A stretch of DNA of 64,000 nucleotides, taken from an uncultured Armatimonadetes bacterium. Lineage in GTDB: Bacteria; Armatimonadota; UBA5829; DTJY01. Within the stretch, counting starts at the first letter, position 1. Every line of letters begins with the position of its first letter. A program made the position numbers and the translations under genes. Of the stretch, positions 18,412 through 28,421 are shown piece by piece. A model generated the notes under the pieces. That model was not told where the DNA came from. It did not search any database and saw nothing but the letters and a program-made list of their open reading frames with translations. The stretch is taken from assembly GCA_963717145.1 (NCBI GenBank), contig OY970325.1, forward strand, positions 2,144,001 through 2,208,000, written 5' to 3'.

Positions 18412-19608
18412 ATGCGTGGAGGAAACGGAAGGACATTCGGTCTGAGCCGCACGGTTGTCGTCCTCGGGGTAGTCAGCCTGCTGACCGACGTGTCGAGCGA
18501 AGGAATCTACCCGCTCATACCACTCTTCCTTGTTGAGGTGCTCAAAACTCAGGTCGTCGTAGTCGGCCTGATCGAGGGGATCGCGAACAGCACTGCGAGT
18601 ATCTTGCGCATCTTTTCCGGCTGGCTCAGCGACGTCCTGGGCAACCGAAAGTGGCTGACCACCACCGGCTACTCCCTCTCGACAATCGCCAAACCGCTCC
18701 TGGCGGTATCGTACTCGTGGCAGGCGGTATTCGGCATTCGGTTCGCTGACCGGCTCGGGAAGGGAATACGGGCAGCACCGCGCGATGCCTTGATTGCGGA
18801 CACCAGTCCGACGGACCGGAGAGGGATCTCATTCGGATTCCACCGCGCGATGGACACCGTGGGAGCAGTAACGGGGCCGCTGTTGGCATTCTGGCTTCTG
18901 CGCAGCTTGGCATACAGCTACCGTACGATATTCCTGTTGTCGGCGATACCTGCCGTGCTCGCGGTGCTGATATTGATTGCCTTCGTTCGAGAGCCGCGCC
19001 GAGAACGACCTGCACGCGCGGAGCGACCGTCCCTGGCGCTCAAGGGGTTCAGCCGGCAGTTCAAGCTGTTCCTCGTTGCGGCGACTCTGTTCTCGGTCGG
19101 AAACTCGTCGGATGTGTTCCTGATTCTTCGGGCGAACCACCTGGGAATCGGCACCGACGGCATACTTCTGCTGTACGTCCTGTTCAATGCCGTGGAAGCC
19201 TCTCTCTCGATGTCGGCCGGGGCGCTGTCCGACAGAATCGGACGAAGAAACGTGATTCTCGCGGGATACGTCATCTATGCGATCGTCTACGCGGGGTTCG
19301 GACTCGTGCGATCGACATCACTGGTGTGGGCGCTCTTCGCGCTCTACGGAGTACATAATGCGCTCACTCAGAGCGTACAGAGGGCTTTCGCGGCTGATCT
19401 GACGTGCGCCGACGCGAGAGGGACGGGACTCGGGGCGTACCACGCACTCACAGGAGTGGCGTTGCTTCCCGCCAGCCTGATCGCCGGCTACCTGTGGCAG
19501 GTCGTAAGCCCTTCGTCGCCATTCTACTTCGGCGCGGCCATGGCAGCCATCGCAGCGGTTCTACTTGCGGCCTGCTTCCGACGTGACGCTATTTGTACCG
19601 CCACGTGA
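18412..19608 (+). CDS. MFS transporter
   Basis: About 12 hydrophobic segments; [39 protein letters not shown]. Confidence 0.9.
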   Translation: MRGGNGRTFGLSRTVVVLGVVSLLTDVSSEGIYPLIPLFLVEVLKTQVVVVGLIEGIANSTASILRIFSGWLSDVLGNRKWLTTTGYSLSTIAKPLLAVSYSWQAVFGIRFADRLGKGIRAAPRDALIADTSPTDRRGISFGFHRAMDTVGAVTGPLLAFWLLRSLAYSYRTIFLLSAIPAVLAVLILIAFVREPRRERPARAERPSLALKGFSRQFKLFLVAATLFSVGNSSDVFLILRANHLGIGTDGILLLYVLFNAVEASLSMSAGALSDRIGRRNVILAGYVIYAIVYAGFGLVRSTSLVWALFALYGVHNALTQSVQRAFAADLTCADARGTGLGAYHALTGVALLPASLIAGYLWQVVSPSSPFYFGAAMAAIAAVLLAACFRRDAICTAT

Positions 19609-19807
19609 TTCGGCCACGCGAGAGATCGTACGGCGACAGTTCGACGGTGACCCTGTCACCGGGAAGTATTCTGATGAACCTCATGCGCATCTTGCCCGAG
19701 ATATGTGCGAGGACCTCATGGCCGTTCTCGAGCTTGACCTTGAAGACCGCATTCGGCTGGGCTTCCTCAACGACGCCATCGACGCGCATCGCTTCTTCCT
19801 TCGGCAT
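19589..19807 (-). CDS. infA: Translation initiation factor IF-1
   Basis: 72 aa; [49 protein letters not shown]. Confidence 0.97.
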   Translation of the reverse strand: MPKEEAMRVDGVVEEAQPNAVFKVKLENGHEVLAHISGKMRMRFIRILPGDRVTVELSPYDLSRGRITWRYK

Positions 19808-19914
19808 ACTCTGTTTCACCTCCCCTTTGCGCGGCCTGACAATCAGCCGCACGATAGGTATTTCAACACCGGCATCCCCATCTCCTCCCAACTCTTACTC
19901 TCACACTCTTTCCC

Positions 19915-19994
19915 AGCGGATGTCATTCTGAACGTAGTGAAGAATCTGTTTACGCACAGCCAGATTCTTCACTACATTCAGAATGACATCCGCT
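19915..19994. repeat. TGTCATTCTG...CAGAATGACA palindromic repeat (family C)
   Basis: 34-bp arms with one mismatch; an interrupted relative lies at 7993-8188. Confidence 0.9.
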
Positions 19995-20094
19995 ATCCCT
20001 GATCGCGAGATCTTATCCAAAACCGGAGGGCGTGCCTGCCGAAGTTGCATGTGTTATAATGCTCGCGCGACATAGAAATTCGCGGAACGGGACT

Positions 20095-20724
20095 ATGGAC
20101 CCTTCGTCTTTACAACCTGAAGCACACGGATCTTCGAGAGCGATCCTCTCGGATCTTAGTGATGCGGAGCTGATCGAGGAATCGAAGCGCGGCAATACCG
20201 AAGCATTCGAGGTCCTCTTTCACAGGTACCAGAAGCGCATCTACAATATCGAGTACCGCATGGTCGGGAACGAGGCGGATGCGGCGGACCTCACCCAGGA
20301 GGTCTTCGTAAGAGTATACAACTCGCTCCATACGTTGCGGGCCGGAGAGGCGCTGTTTGGCTGGCTGCGAACCGTAGCCGTAAACATCGCCCGCGATCAT
20401 TTCCGCAAGTCGGGGCGGACGATTCGAGCCGACAGCCTGGACGCCAAGGTCCAGCTCGACGACGGCGAAGTCGATCGGGAGATTGTGGATTGGTCGAACA
20501 ACCCTGAACGAGCCCTCGATCGCAAGGACGTGCAGGAAGCGGTGCGGCGAGCGATGAGCTCGCTCTCGGACGAGCATCGCACGGTTGTGGCCTTGCACCA
20601 TATCGATGGCATGGACGTGAAGGATATGGCGAAGGTGCTCGAAGTGCCGGTGGGCACTGTGAAATCGAGGCTGGCTCGCGCAAGAGGGGAACTCAAGCGC
20701 AAGCTGGGACATTACGTGGATTGA
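20095..20724 (+). CDS. ECF RNA polymerase sigma factor (RpoE/SigW-like)
   Basis: DAADLTQEVFVRVY, WLRTVAVN, VPVGTVKSRLARAR. Confidence 0.92.
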   Translation: MDPSSLQPEAHGSSRAILSDLSDAELIEESKRGNTEAFEVLFHRYQKRIYNIEYRMVGNEADAADLTQEVFVRVYNSLHTLRAGEALFGWLRTVAVNIARDHFRKSGRTIRADSLDAKVQLDDGEVDREIVDWSNNPERALDRKDVQEAVRRAMSSLSDEHRTVVALHHIDGMDVKDMAKVLEVPVGTVKSRLARARGELKRKLGHYVD

Positions 20725-20731
20725 TTGGGAA

Positions 20732-20822
20732 AGACCTTAGACTTTTGACCTCAGACCTTAGACTGCGGACCTTGCCGAACAAAGTGCCTTCCACAGTCTG
20801 ATGTCTAATGTCCAAAGTCTGA
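20732..20822. repeat. Heptamer-repeat hairpin (AGACCTT/AAAGTCT type)
   Basis: AGACCTT AGACTTT TGACCTC AGACCTT AGAC...AGTCTG ATGTCTA ATGTCCA AAGTCT. Confidence 0.7.
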
Positions 20823-20835
20823 ATCGAGGACTGAA

Positions 20836-21324
20836 ATGGACTGCACAACGATTCTGAACTGCATGGCTGAATACGCCGTCGGGCTGATCACCGGACGAGC
20901 GAAGATCGAAGTCGAAACCCATCTGGCGGAATGCCCGTCATGCCGGGCCGAGTTCGAGAAGCAAGAGCGGGTCATGGCCATGGTCGAGCAGGTCGAGCCG
21001 GTCGAGCCGCCTGCGGGTCTCTGGAATGGCGTCTACAACCGGATCAGCGCGACGCCCGCTCGCCTTACCTTGTGGGAACGGCTGACGGCTGGGCGGCATC
21101 GAAAGACCTCGCGCTGGTCGCTGGGATTCGCTGCAGTCGGCTTGGCGGCGCTCGTCCTCTATACGGCTAACACTCCGCAGCCGGTGGCCGGCATCGAAGC
21201 CCTGGAATACGTCAGAGGCCACGCGATCTATGCCAGCCAGGATGTCCTTGCCGACCAGACGGCACTCTATTCTGAGGCTGTGTTGGCCGAGAGAACTCAC
21301 GCGCCGGAGGGCCGGACACTGTGA
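20836..21324 (+). CDS. Zinc-finger (ZAS, zf-HC2) anti-sigma factor
   Basis: HLAECPSC = HxxxCxxC; one TM helix; directly downstream of the ECF sigma. Confidence 0.88.
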   Translation: MDCTTILNCMAEYAVGLITGRAKIEVETHLAECPSCRAEFEKQERVMAMVEQVEPVEPPAGLWNGVYNRISATPARLTLWERLTAGRHRKTSRWSLGFAAVGLAALVLYTANTPQPVAGIEALEYVRGHAIYASQDVLADQTALYSEAVLAERTHAPEGRTL

Positions 21325-22346
21325 ACGCCCGATCTCTCTCGATCCTGATCGCGCTCCTCGTGATCATCACTGGAATTGCCATCGTCAAGCACGGCGAGAT
21401 CGGGACGGAGCGCGATGCATCATGGATCGTGCGCCGGGCACAGGAGCAGGCATCGCTTCAGAGCTACTCCTCGATGGCACAGACCCGCGTCTCGTGCCAG
21501 GGAGAAGTCGTAACGGGCAATGTGAAGATCATCCGCACTCAGCCGAACAGGGGCCGGATCGAGTATCTTTCTGAGCCGCTCAAAGGCGTTATCGTCGGGA
21601 ACGACGGCAACACGACGTGGCGCTACGACCCGAAGACAGAGCGGCTGGTCATCAGCGACAACACCAACTGCACCAGCGATGCAGACAAGCTCCGTTTGCT
21701 CCTCGAGAACCACAGAATCACGCTCGCCGGGACGGACACAGTTGCGGGAAGGCAAACGTACTCCCTGGTTGTAAGGCCGAAGGATTCCGGCGAGATCAGA
21801 AAGCGTCTCTGGATCGATAAGGCCACGTCCGTGGTCGTCCGCCAGGAGGACTACGGCACGAACGGCAAGCTGCAGTCCTCTACGCGCTTTACCAGCATTC
21901 AATTCGAAAAGAGGTTCCCGGACAAGCTGTTCGAGGCGCCTTCCGACGTGAAGACCAAGGTATCCAACCGGATGCTCGGCGCAACTATGTCGCCCGGTAA
22001 GCTCTCAGAAGCCGTGGAATTCACTGTCCGCGCGCCTAAGTACATCCCCAAGGGCTACAAGTTGGATGGCTACAGACTCTATGCCTGTCCCTGTGAGTGC
22101 CCGCACCAATCGGCCTACATCAGATACAGCAACGGGCTCAGCAGCGTCTCGGTCTTCGAGTCGAAGGTCGGAAGCGGCTGCCGTGCGGAGGCGGGCTGCG
22201 GCAAGTCCGAAGGGCCTATGGGGACCTGTGAGGTCAAGAGAGCGGACCGGGATGAGATCGCCAGGCTCGAGAAAGACGGCATCTCGTTCGTAGTCGTGGC
22301 GGACATGGACGGCCGCGAACTCAGGAAGATCGCTGAGTCGCTGTAG
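21321..22346 (+). CDS. RseB/MucB-like (LolA-fold) extracytoplasmic anti-sigma partner
   Basis: N-terminal TM/signal; RIEYL, DGNTTWRYDP, VAGRQTY, RLWIDKAT, PKYIPKGY, YSNGLSSVSVFE. Confidence 0.8.
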   Translation: MNARSLSILIALLVIITGIAIVKHGEIGTERDASWIVRRAQEQASLQSYSSMAQTRVSCQGEVVTGNVKIIRTQPNRGRIEYLSEPLKGVIVGNDGNTTWRYDPKTERLVISDNTNCTSDADKLRLLLENHRITLAGTDTVAGRQTYSLVVRPKDSGEIRKRLWIDKATSVVVRQEDYGTNGKLQSSTRFTSIQFEKRFPDKLFEAPSDVKTKVSNRMLGATMSPGKLSEAVEFTVRAPKYIPKGYKLDGYRLYACPCECPHQSAYIRYSNGLSSVSVFESKVGSGCRAEAGCGKSEGPMGTCEVKRADRDEIARLEKDGISFVVVADMDGRELRKIAESL

Positions 22347-22367
22347 TGATCCCCGGGGAGGAAGACG

Positions 22368-22482
22368 ACCGTCAGTCCTGAGTGCGCCGGTGAATGACGG
22401 CGTGTATCGAAGGACGGCCTTGCTGGACCGAGCCGTCCTTCGATACACGCCGTCATTCACCGGCGCACTCAGGACTGACGGT
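22368..22482. repeat. Long palindromic element family A, copy 2
   Basis: 51-bp perfect arms, 13-nt loop; overlaps the MFS stop codon. Confidence 0.95.
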
Positions 22483-23688
22483 GGGGGAGACACCTCGCGC
22501 GGAATGGACAGATGGGAACTCTGCCGTCCTCATCTTCAACACCACCAGCGCCGAGATCGCCACCACAGCCGCTCCGCCGTAGAATGTCACCGGATAGCCA
22601 AGCCTGGCCCACAGCAGTCCGCCGACCACCGGCACCGTTACCGCCGCCGCGTGGTTCACTGAGACACCCATCGTCAGGCTCGGCATCACGTCCGCCGGAT
22701 CCGCGATCTTGTGCAGGTAGGTCGTCAGCCCGATACTCCCGAGGAAGAGCAGATTGTCGGCGAAATACAGGCAGTAGAGGATCACCGGCGTCTTGATCGT
22801 CGCATATCCGATGAAGACGGGGATCAGCAGCGCGTAACAGATCGCCAGGACCTTCTTCTCGCCGACTCTGTCGATGAGCCTCCCGACCTTCGACGCCAGT
22901 AACAGGTTCGTGACGCTGTTGACGATCATCAGGAGCGCGATCACACGAAGCGACGCGTGGAATTGCCGCACGAGCACGAAGATTGCGAAGGTGATGAAGA
23001 CCTGCTTCCGGCAGCCTTCGAGGAACACCAGGATGTAGTACAGCGAGTACTTCCGTTTGAAGACGAAACGCGGTTTCTCCTCGTGGCCGATGTCCTTCGA
23101 TATCCTCGAGACCGCGATCGCTCCTACCCCGACCGCAAGGCCCGCCACTATGAAGATGCTCTGAAAAGGCAGCACCTTCGCCAGCACAAAGACCATCGCC
23201 ATGCCGCAGATAGTGCCGAATGCACCGATCGAGCCCATTTGCCCCAGACGGCGGCCCTGCTTTCCCTCGTGGGCGAGACTGAGAGCCATCGAGGGCGACA
23301 AGGGCATCCACGCGTGTATGCCGACGCTCCAGATCAGCGAGAAGATAATCAGCGTCGTTATACTGTCCACCTGACTGTACCCGCAGATGCCGAGCGCGAT
23401 GAACGACAGGGCGATCGAGCCCAGAATCGGTTCGGCGATCCTCATCGTCAGTGCCGCAACGAAGACCATCAGGAAGCCCGGCACCTCTCTGAGCGACTCC
23501 AGGACGCCGAGCTGATTGGCCTGCAGATCCAGGGTCTCGACGACGAAGTTGTTGAAGGTAGAGAAGTAGGCCCCCCAGCCGAACGATATGCAGAATACCG
23601 TGAACGCCAACAAGCGCAGGTCACGCGAGCCGCGCCTGGTCAATGACCTGATCCGATCGATGCCGTTGCTTCCGAGACTGATCGACAA
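22453..23688 (-). CDS. MFS transporter
   Basis: About 12 hydrophobic segments, LESLREVPG, GRLIDRVGEKK; start uncertain. Confidence 0.85.
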   Translation of the reverse strand: MSISLGSNGIDRIRSLTRRGSRDLRLLAFTVFCISFGWGAYFSTFNNFVVETLDLQANQLGVLESLREVPGFLMVFVAALTMRIAEPILGSIALSFIALGICGYSQVDSITTLIIFSLIWSVGIHAWMPLSPSMALSLAHEGKQGRRLGQMGSIGAFGTICGMAMVFVLAKVLPFQSIFIVAGLAVGVGAIAVSRISKDIGHEEKPRFVFKRKYSLYYILVFLEGCRKQVFITFAIFVLVRQFHASLRVIALLMIVNSVTNLLLASKVGRLIDRVGEKKVLAICYALLIPVFIGYATIKTPVILYCLYFADNLLFLGSIGLTTYLHKIADPADVMPSLTMGVSVNHAAAVTVPVVGGLLWARLGYPVTFYGGAAVVAISALVVLKMRTAEFPSVHSARGVSPTVSPECAGE

Positions 23689-23795
23689 CTACTGAAGCCC
23701 TTCCATGCCTGACAGATATGTGAACGATTCCGGTTCGCCTTCGATCAATCCTCCTGTGCAACAGGCAGTTTGAGTCCACCGCTCTTCATAAATGC

Positions 23796-23824
23796 TTGAC
23801 TTCCACCTTGAAACGGTCTATAAT
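23796..23824 (+). promoter_or_regulatory. Sigma70 promoter of rpoN
   Basis: TTGACT-N17-TATAAT. Confidence 0.75.
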
Positions 23825-24018
23825 ATCCCTGAAGAACGTTCGGGGCAACGGCATTCGGTCGGGCCCAGGCCACCCCGTTGTACCCCTCTGCGATATATCC
23901 AGCCGTGAGTTCTTTTTCTTCAGGATTTCCGGTACTTTTGCCGACAATGATAATGAGGCAAAGTCCCTGATTCCGGTAACCGCAGACGGATTTGCCATCG
24001 CTGAAGAGGTATCGGCTA

Positions 24019-25443
24019 GTGCTGATCCAGGATCAATCCCAACAACAGCAACAGCGAATAGACCCGAAGATCATAATGGCGAACTCCGTGCTCCAACTGT
24101 CGAGCATGGAGCTTCAGCAGGCCATCGAGCAGGAACTCGTCGAGAATCCGGCTCTCGAAGCGGAGGACGAAGACCCCTGCTCCGGCTGCGAACTGTCGCC
24201 GTTCGGGTGCCAGGACTGCAATGTGCAGCAGCAGAGGGAATTCACCGATTCAGATCTGAGTGTCCATGACCTGGAGGTATCGTTCGACTTCGCGTCCGAC
24301 CCGATGGACGACGAGGAAGACCCGATCGGGCGGATTCAGTCTGACGTTACTCTGATCGAGCACCTGCGCAACCAACTCCGCGACACAGCCTCCGGTCGCA
24401 TCCCTGAGATCGCCGACTACCTTGTGAACTACATCAACGAAAGCGGCTACCTGGAGTGCGACCTGCTGGAGATCACCCTCGAACTCGAGGCCACCGACGA
24501 GGAACTCCTGGAGGCGGTCGCGCTCATCCAGTCGCTCGATCCCCCCGGCGTCGGTGCTCGTGATCTGCGCGAGTGCATGACGATCCAGCTCAGGTATCTC
24601 ACAGATGAGGGCAAGGGAAACCCGATCGCCGAACGCATCATCCGAGACTGCTGGGACGAGATGATCGCCCAGAAAGTCAATCGGATCGCCAGACGCCTGA
24701 AGATCAAGCCCGAGCAGTCGCGTACTGCCTTGAGGTTCATCCGCGCCAAGCTGAACCCCTACCCCGCGGCGGGCTTTCGACCTCCCTGGGAGCAGAATGC
24801 GAGCGACTCGAAGAACGCCGTCCGACCCGATATCATCGTCCGCCGGACCGCAACGGGCTACGACATCGAGGTCGTCTCGAACGATCATCTGTCGCTCTCC
24901 GTCAACCCGTACTATCGCCGGATGCAGAGCGAGATGAAGAACGGCAAGGCCAAGCAGTACTCGGAGCAGGACAGGAAGCATATCACCGAGTACGTGGAGC
25001 GCGCCGATCTGTTCATCAAGAACATCAACCAGCGCCGAAAGACTCTTCGCACTATCGCGAAAAACGTCGTTGAGTACCAGCACGGCTTCCTGGATACCGG
25101 TTCGAAGCTCTTCCTCCGCCCGCTCACCCGGGTGAAGATCGCCGAAGCCGTCAATATGCACGAATCGACCGTCAGCCGGGCGACCGCGAACAAGTACGTT
25201 CAGCTTCCCAGCCAAGAGGTCGTTCCGCTCGATTTCTTCTTCAACCAGTCACACTCCCTCACGGACATGATCTCACAGCTCGTCGACCGGGAGGACCCCT
25301 CGCATCCTCTGAGCGACCAGGAACTCGCGGACATACTGACCGAGCGAGGCATCCCGGTCGCGCGCAGAACCATCGTGAAGTACCGGGAGGCCCAGAAGAT
25401 ACTCTCCTCCCGCCAGCGCCGTCGCACGGTGGCAAGCTTCTAG
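24019..25443 (+). CDS. rpoN: RNA polymerase sigma-54 factor
   Basis: Q-rich region I, ENPALE, DPPGVGARDLRECM, MHESTVSRA, PLSDQ, RpoN box ARRTIVKYRE; GAGGT RBS before GTG 24019. Confidence 0.96.
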   Translation: MLIQDQSQQQQQRIDPKIIMANSVLQLSSMELQQAIEQELVENPALEAEDEDPCSGCELSPFGCQDCNVQQQREFTDSDLSVHDLEVSFDFASDPMDDEEDPIGRIQSDVTLIEHLRNQLRDTASGRIPEIADYLVNYINESGYLECDLLEITLELEATDEELLEAVALIQSLDPPGVGARDLRECMTIQLRYLTDEGKGNPIAERIIRDCWDEMIAQKVNRIARRLKIKPEQSRTALRFIRAKLNPYPAAGFRPPWEQNASDSKNAVRPDIIVRRTATGYDIEVVSNDHLSLSVNPYYRRMQSEMKNGKAKQYSEQDRKHITEYVERADLFIKNINQRRKTLRTIAKNVVEYQHGFLDTGSKLFLRPLTRVKIAEAVNMHESTVSRATANKYVQLPSQEVVPLDFFFNQSHSLTDMISQLVDREDPSHPLSDQELADILTERGIPVARRTIVKYREAQKILSSRQRRRTVASF

Positions 25444-25564
25444 TTCCGTCGCACTCCAAAGCTCAGAGGTGTTCCCCCCTGGCGCGACCTGCCGAAACGC
25501 TGGTATTCTGAGGCGTTTTGTGCTACAATAGAGTCAGAATTCACAGTCGGGAGGGCTAGCGAGA

Positions 25565-26119
25565 ATGAAGTTCAAAGAGGGAGAATACGTAGCGATCGTT
25601 GAGCGGGAAGTGTCGGCAGCAGACGTGAAGAGCGGGCTGTACTACCAGCATTTCGCAGGTCTCGCGGGCACCGTAGACCGCATATACGACAGCGAAGTCT
25701 GCATCAACGTGGACACTGAATGCCTCCCGGATGACATCCTCAAGAGGCACTCCGATATCCAGGAATCGATCCGCCGCAAGTGGCTCAACGGGCTCTCCGG
25801 AGAGGCGCGGCACAGACTGACTCCGGAGGAACGTCAGTTCAACCTGGCATACACCATACTGGTACACTCCGATGACCTCGCCAAGTCCAAGAAAGCCGCT
25901 CCCAAGCCGGTCGCGATCAAGAGCGTGAAGCCGATCGTGCCGGCGGACGAGCCGATCGCGGAAGAGAGTGCAGTGGTGGACGAAGTCGAGGAGACTCAGC
26001 CGGCCATCGTCGCTGCCGAAGCGAAGGCAGAGGATTCCCCCGACGACACGGAGGGGCTGACTCTTGCCGAGTTGGAACACCTCAGAGAGCGCGAAAAAGC
26101 CCTCAAGGCCGAGAAGTAG
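25565..26119 (+). CDS. Hypothetical protein (SH3/KOW-like N-terminus, acidic tail)
   Basis: GGGAGG RBS, TGnTACAAT extended -10 upstream, host-like codon pattern. Confidence 0.7.
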   Translation: MKFKEGEYVAIVEREVSAADVKSGLYYQHFAGLAGTVDRIYDSEVCINVDTECLPDDILKRHSDIQESIRRKWLNGLSGEARHRLTPEERQFNLAYTILVHSDDLAKSKKAAPKPVAIKSVKPIVPADEPIAEESAVVDEVEETQPAIVAAEAKAEDSPDDTEGLTLAELEHLREREKALKAEK

Positions 26120-26127
26120 GCTGGGGC

Positions 26128-26799
26128 TCAGATCGACTGCTTTTCTGCCGCTTTGGCCTTTTCGAGGTAGCGAAGAACGTCCTCGTCGGTCAGATCGCTC
26201 CAGTGCCGGTAGAATTGGACAACGGCGAAGGGAATGCGTTCGCCGACGATCAGCGCGACAAAGCGATCGACCCGAGGTCGAACCAGCCGTGCCGCCCCGC
26301 TCGATGCCACCGGAACGGCTACCACCACCTCGGAGGGCTTGTGCTTCTCGATCGACCTGATCGCAGCCAGCATCGTGTAGCCGGACGCGAGCCCATCGTC
26401 AACCAGGATCACCGGTCTTCCCGCCACATCCGGGGATTCCATGCTCCCCTTGCGGTACATCTGCGTGCGCCTGATTATCTCCTCGCGCACCTCCTCAGCC
26501 GCAGCCTGGATCTGTTCATCCGACATCCCGAGTCCTCGAACCATGCTGTCGTTCAGCACCAGTGTCCCGTCGGCCGTGACCGCGCCGAAGCCGGCCTCGG
26601 GATTCCACGGAATCGGTATCTTCCGGAGGACGATGACATCGAGCAAGGCGTCGATGCTTTCGGCAAGCTCGAAGCCGACGGGGACGCCCCCGCGCGGGAT
26701 GGCGAGGACGATCGCTCCCCGACCCTTATAGTCGAGCAGGCGGTCCGCCAGACGTCGCCCGGCATCCTCTCTGTCACGGAACATCTCAGTGTCCATCAT
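26128..26799 (-). CDS. Phosphoribosyltransferase (Rv0571c-like family)
   Basis: FRDREDAG, VLAIPRGGVPV, VILVDDGLASG PRPP loop. Confidence 0.9.
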   Translation of the reverse strand: MMDTEMFRDREDAGRRLADRLLDYKGRGAIVLAIPRGGVPVGFELAESIDALLDVIVLRKIPIPWNPEAGFGAVTADGTLVLNDSMVRGLGMSDEQIQAAAEEVREEIIRRTQMYRKGSMESPDVAGRPVILVDDGLASGYTMLAAIRSIEKHKPSEVVVAVPVASSGAARLVRPRVDRFVALIVGERIPFAVVQFYRHWSDLTDEDVLRYLEKAKAAEKQSI

Positions 26800-26880
26800 G
26801 CTCCGCTTCCCGCCGCTCGCGATACGTAGTCCATCGGTGTATTCCCTTCAACATCGCCGGTACGGTGGCATATTGCCGAC

Positions 26881-27273
26881 CTACGAAGCCAGCAACTTGT
26901 GCATCTCGGTCGGCTTGATGATGCGGATGCCCTCGAACTCCTTGATGCGCAGAAGGTGCTCGTCGCTTGTCACGACGTACTGCGCGCGAGCATATAGAGC
27001 GCACTCCAGGAACTTATCGTCCTCGGGGTCATCCTTGACGACCGAAAGAAAGCCGGGAACCGTTATCTCCGTCCCCGAGGCCAGCGCCTTGTCGACACGC
27101 TTCTTGAACTCATCCTTTGCGCGGATGTTTCTCAGTATGAGGTGTACCTCTCGGCGAATCTGGTCCGAATAGTACAGGCTCAGACGCCCATCGACACAGG
27201 CGTTGAGAATGTTCGCCGAAGCGCTGCGCCTGTTCCAGTAGGCGGCGACGATCAGGTTGGTGTCAAGCACCAC
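26881..27273 (-). CDS. PIN-domain protein (putative toxin/ribonuclease); start may extend to ATC 27312
   Basis: VLDTN, DPEDDKFLECA, VTSDEHLL. Confidence 0.88.
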   Translation of the reverse strand: MVLDTNLIVAAYWNRRSASANILNACVDGRLSLYYSDQIRREVHLILRNIRAKDEFKKRVDKALASGTEITVPGFLSVVKDDPEDDKFLECALYARAQYVVTSDEHLLRIKEFEGIRIIKPTEMHKLLAS

Positions 27274-27314
27274 GCTCGGTTTGTCTTGCTCTTTGGTGTG
27301 TGTGTCTGCGATTG

Positions 27315-28187
27315 TTAGCTCCTCTTGGACTTTTCTTTGACTTGGGCCTCGAAAGTGCAGATCGCCTCGGGTCGCTTGATCCTGAGCACAAGCGATTCCA
27401 GCACTCGAAACGGGTGGTTCATCTTATCGGGACCGAGATAGGCGGTGATCAGGTCCTGAGCCACGGCCATATCGAAGTTTTCCGGGCCTGTGGAGACGAT
27501 CACCACGCCGTCGTCAGGCAGAACCGGCGTCTGAAATACGCCCGCGGTGACGAGTTCGCGCACCTGGTTGATCTCCAGGACGCCGGTATTGTTATAAACT
27601 CGCTGCATCTTCGAGAAAAGACTCGGGCTGACAGCCATCGCGAAGGGGCCATAGTAGCCGGAATCGATGAGCTTCTTGGTGGCATCGACGACGTTCTGGA
27701 AGGCAAGTCCGGATTCGTCCCAGTTCAGCATGGGAACGGTATTCCGCCACTTCGCATTCAGCAATCCTTCGAAGCCGAGCTTCTTGTGCCCATTCAGGAT
27801 GAGATCGTCTTCGGCCTGCGCAACGAAGTTCGCGGCGCCGGCGGCCGCGCTTATGTCGAGCGGCATGCCGAAGCTTCGCGCAGTCTCGATGTCTCGCCAG
27901 TAGATCCAGAAGTCCTTGTAGATCAGGGGCAGTTGCTTGAACTCGCGCAACTCGGTGTGTACAGGATGGATGTCCTCCTCGCCGAGCATGCTCACCGCGC
28001 CGCTGTCCGCACCTGCATAGGTGTCTTGGTATACCGACTGCAGTCCTGCACCGAGAGGACCGAATATCTGGATGAACCGTCGTCCGACGAGCCGATTTCT
28101 CGCCACACGAACGACGATCTCGTCGATGCTGTCCCACTCCTCGGGAGTAAGCGGCGCTTCCTCGCGCAGCAGATTCTCCTTAAGCAT
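27315..28187 (-). CDS. Family 1 encapsulin shell protein (Linocin M18-like)
   Basis: LLREEAPLTPEEW...LVGRRFIQIFGPLGAG...AEDDLILNG...FDMAVAQD...FRVLESLVLRIKRPEAIC; AAGGAGG RBS. Confidence 0.93.
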   Translation of the reverse strand: MLKENLLREEAPLTPEEWDSIDEIVVRVARNRLVGRRFIQIFGPLGAGLQSVYQDTYAGADSGAVSMLGEEDIHPVHTELREFKQLPLIYKDFWIYWRDIETARSFGMPLDISAAAGAANFVAQAEDDLILNGHKKLGFEGLLNAKWRNTVPMLNWDESGLAFQNVVDATKKLIDSGYYGPFAMAVSPSLFSKMQRVYNNTGVLEINQVRELVTAGVFQTPVLPDDGVVIVSTGPENFDMAVAQDLITAYLGPDKMNHPFRVLESLVLRIKRPEAICTFEAQVKEKSKRS

Positions 28188-28288
28188 GGCATCCTCCTTA
28201 TGGCTGACCCCCGTGGGGGATATGATGTTGATGCAGAGCAGCCATGCCAACCGCTTATAGCATGGGCAAGGCTGCATGCCTCAAGGTT

Positions 28289-28315
28289 ATTCCCCGGTTG
28301 CCCGCAATCTGAAAC
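28289..28315 (-). promoter_or_regulatory. SigB/SigF-type promoter of encapsulin
   Basis: Minus strand GTTT-N17-GGGAAT. Confidence 0.6.
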
Positions 28316-28320
28316 TGTGG

Positions 28321-28421
28321 GTTCACCTCTCGGAGTGCGGTGGCTCGACACCGCTCTGACACAGCGTCGAGCCGCCGAAGAGGCAAAGCGGTGTCGAGCC
28401 ACCGCACTCCGAGAGGTGAAC
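28321..28421. repeat. GGAGTGCGG-type REP-like palindrome
   Basis: 35-bp perfect arms GTTCACCTCTCGGAGTGCGGTGGCTCGACACCGCT. Confidence 0.9.

Noticed and set aside
20084-20109. Autoregulatory ECF promoter GGAAC-N17-GTCT
   Set aside because: It overlaps the only plausible start codon (20095) with no usable in-frame start downstream; left unresolved
26040-26119. Encapsulin targeting peptide in the convergent hypothetical protein (EGLTLAEL)
   Set aside because: Lacks the GSL core, is not terminal, and the gene is on the opposite strand
28231-28282. Sigma54 promoter upstream of encapsulin (TGGCAT.../AGGCAT...TTGC on minus strand)
   Set aside because: GG-GC spacing is off by 1-2 nt, which sigma54 does not tolerate
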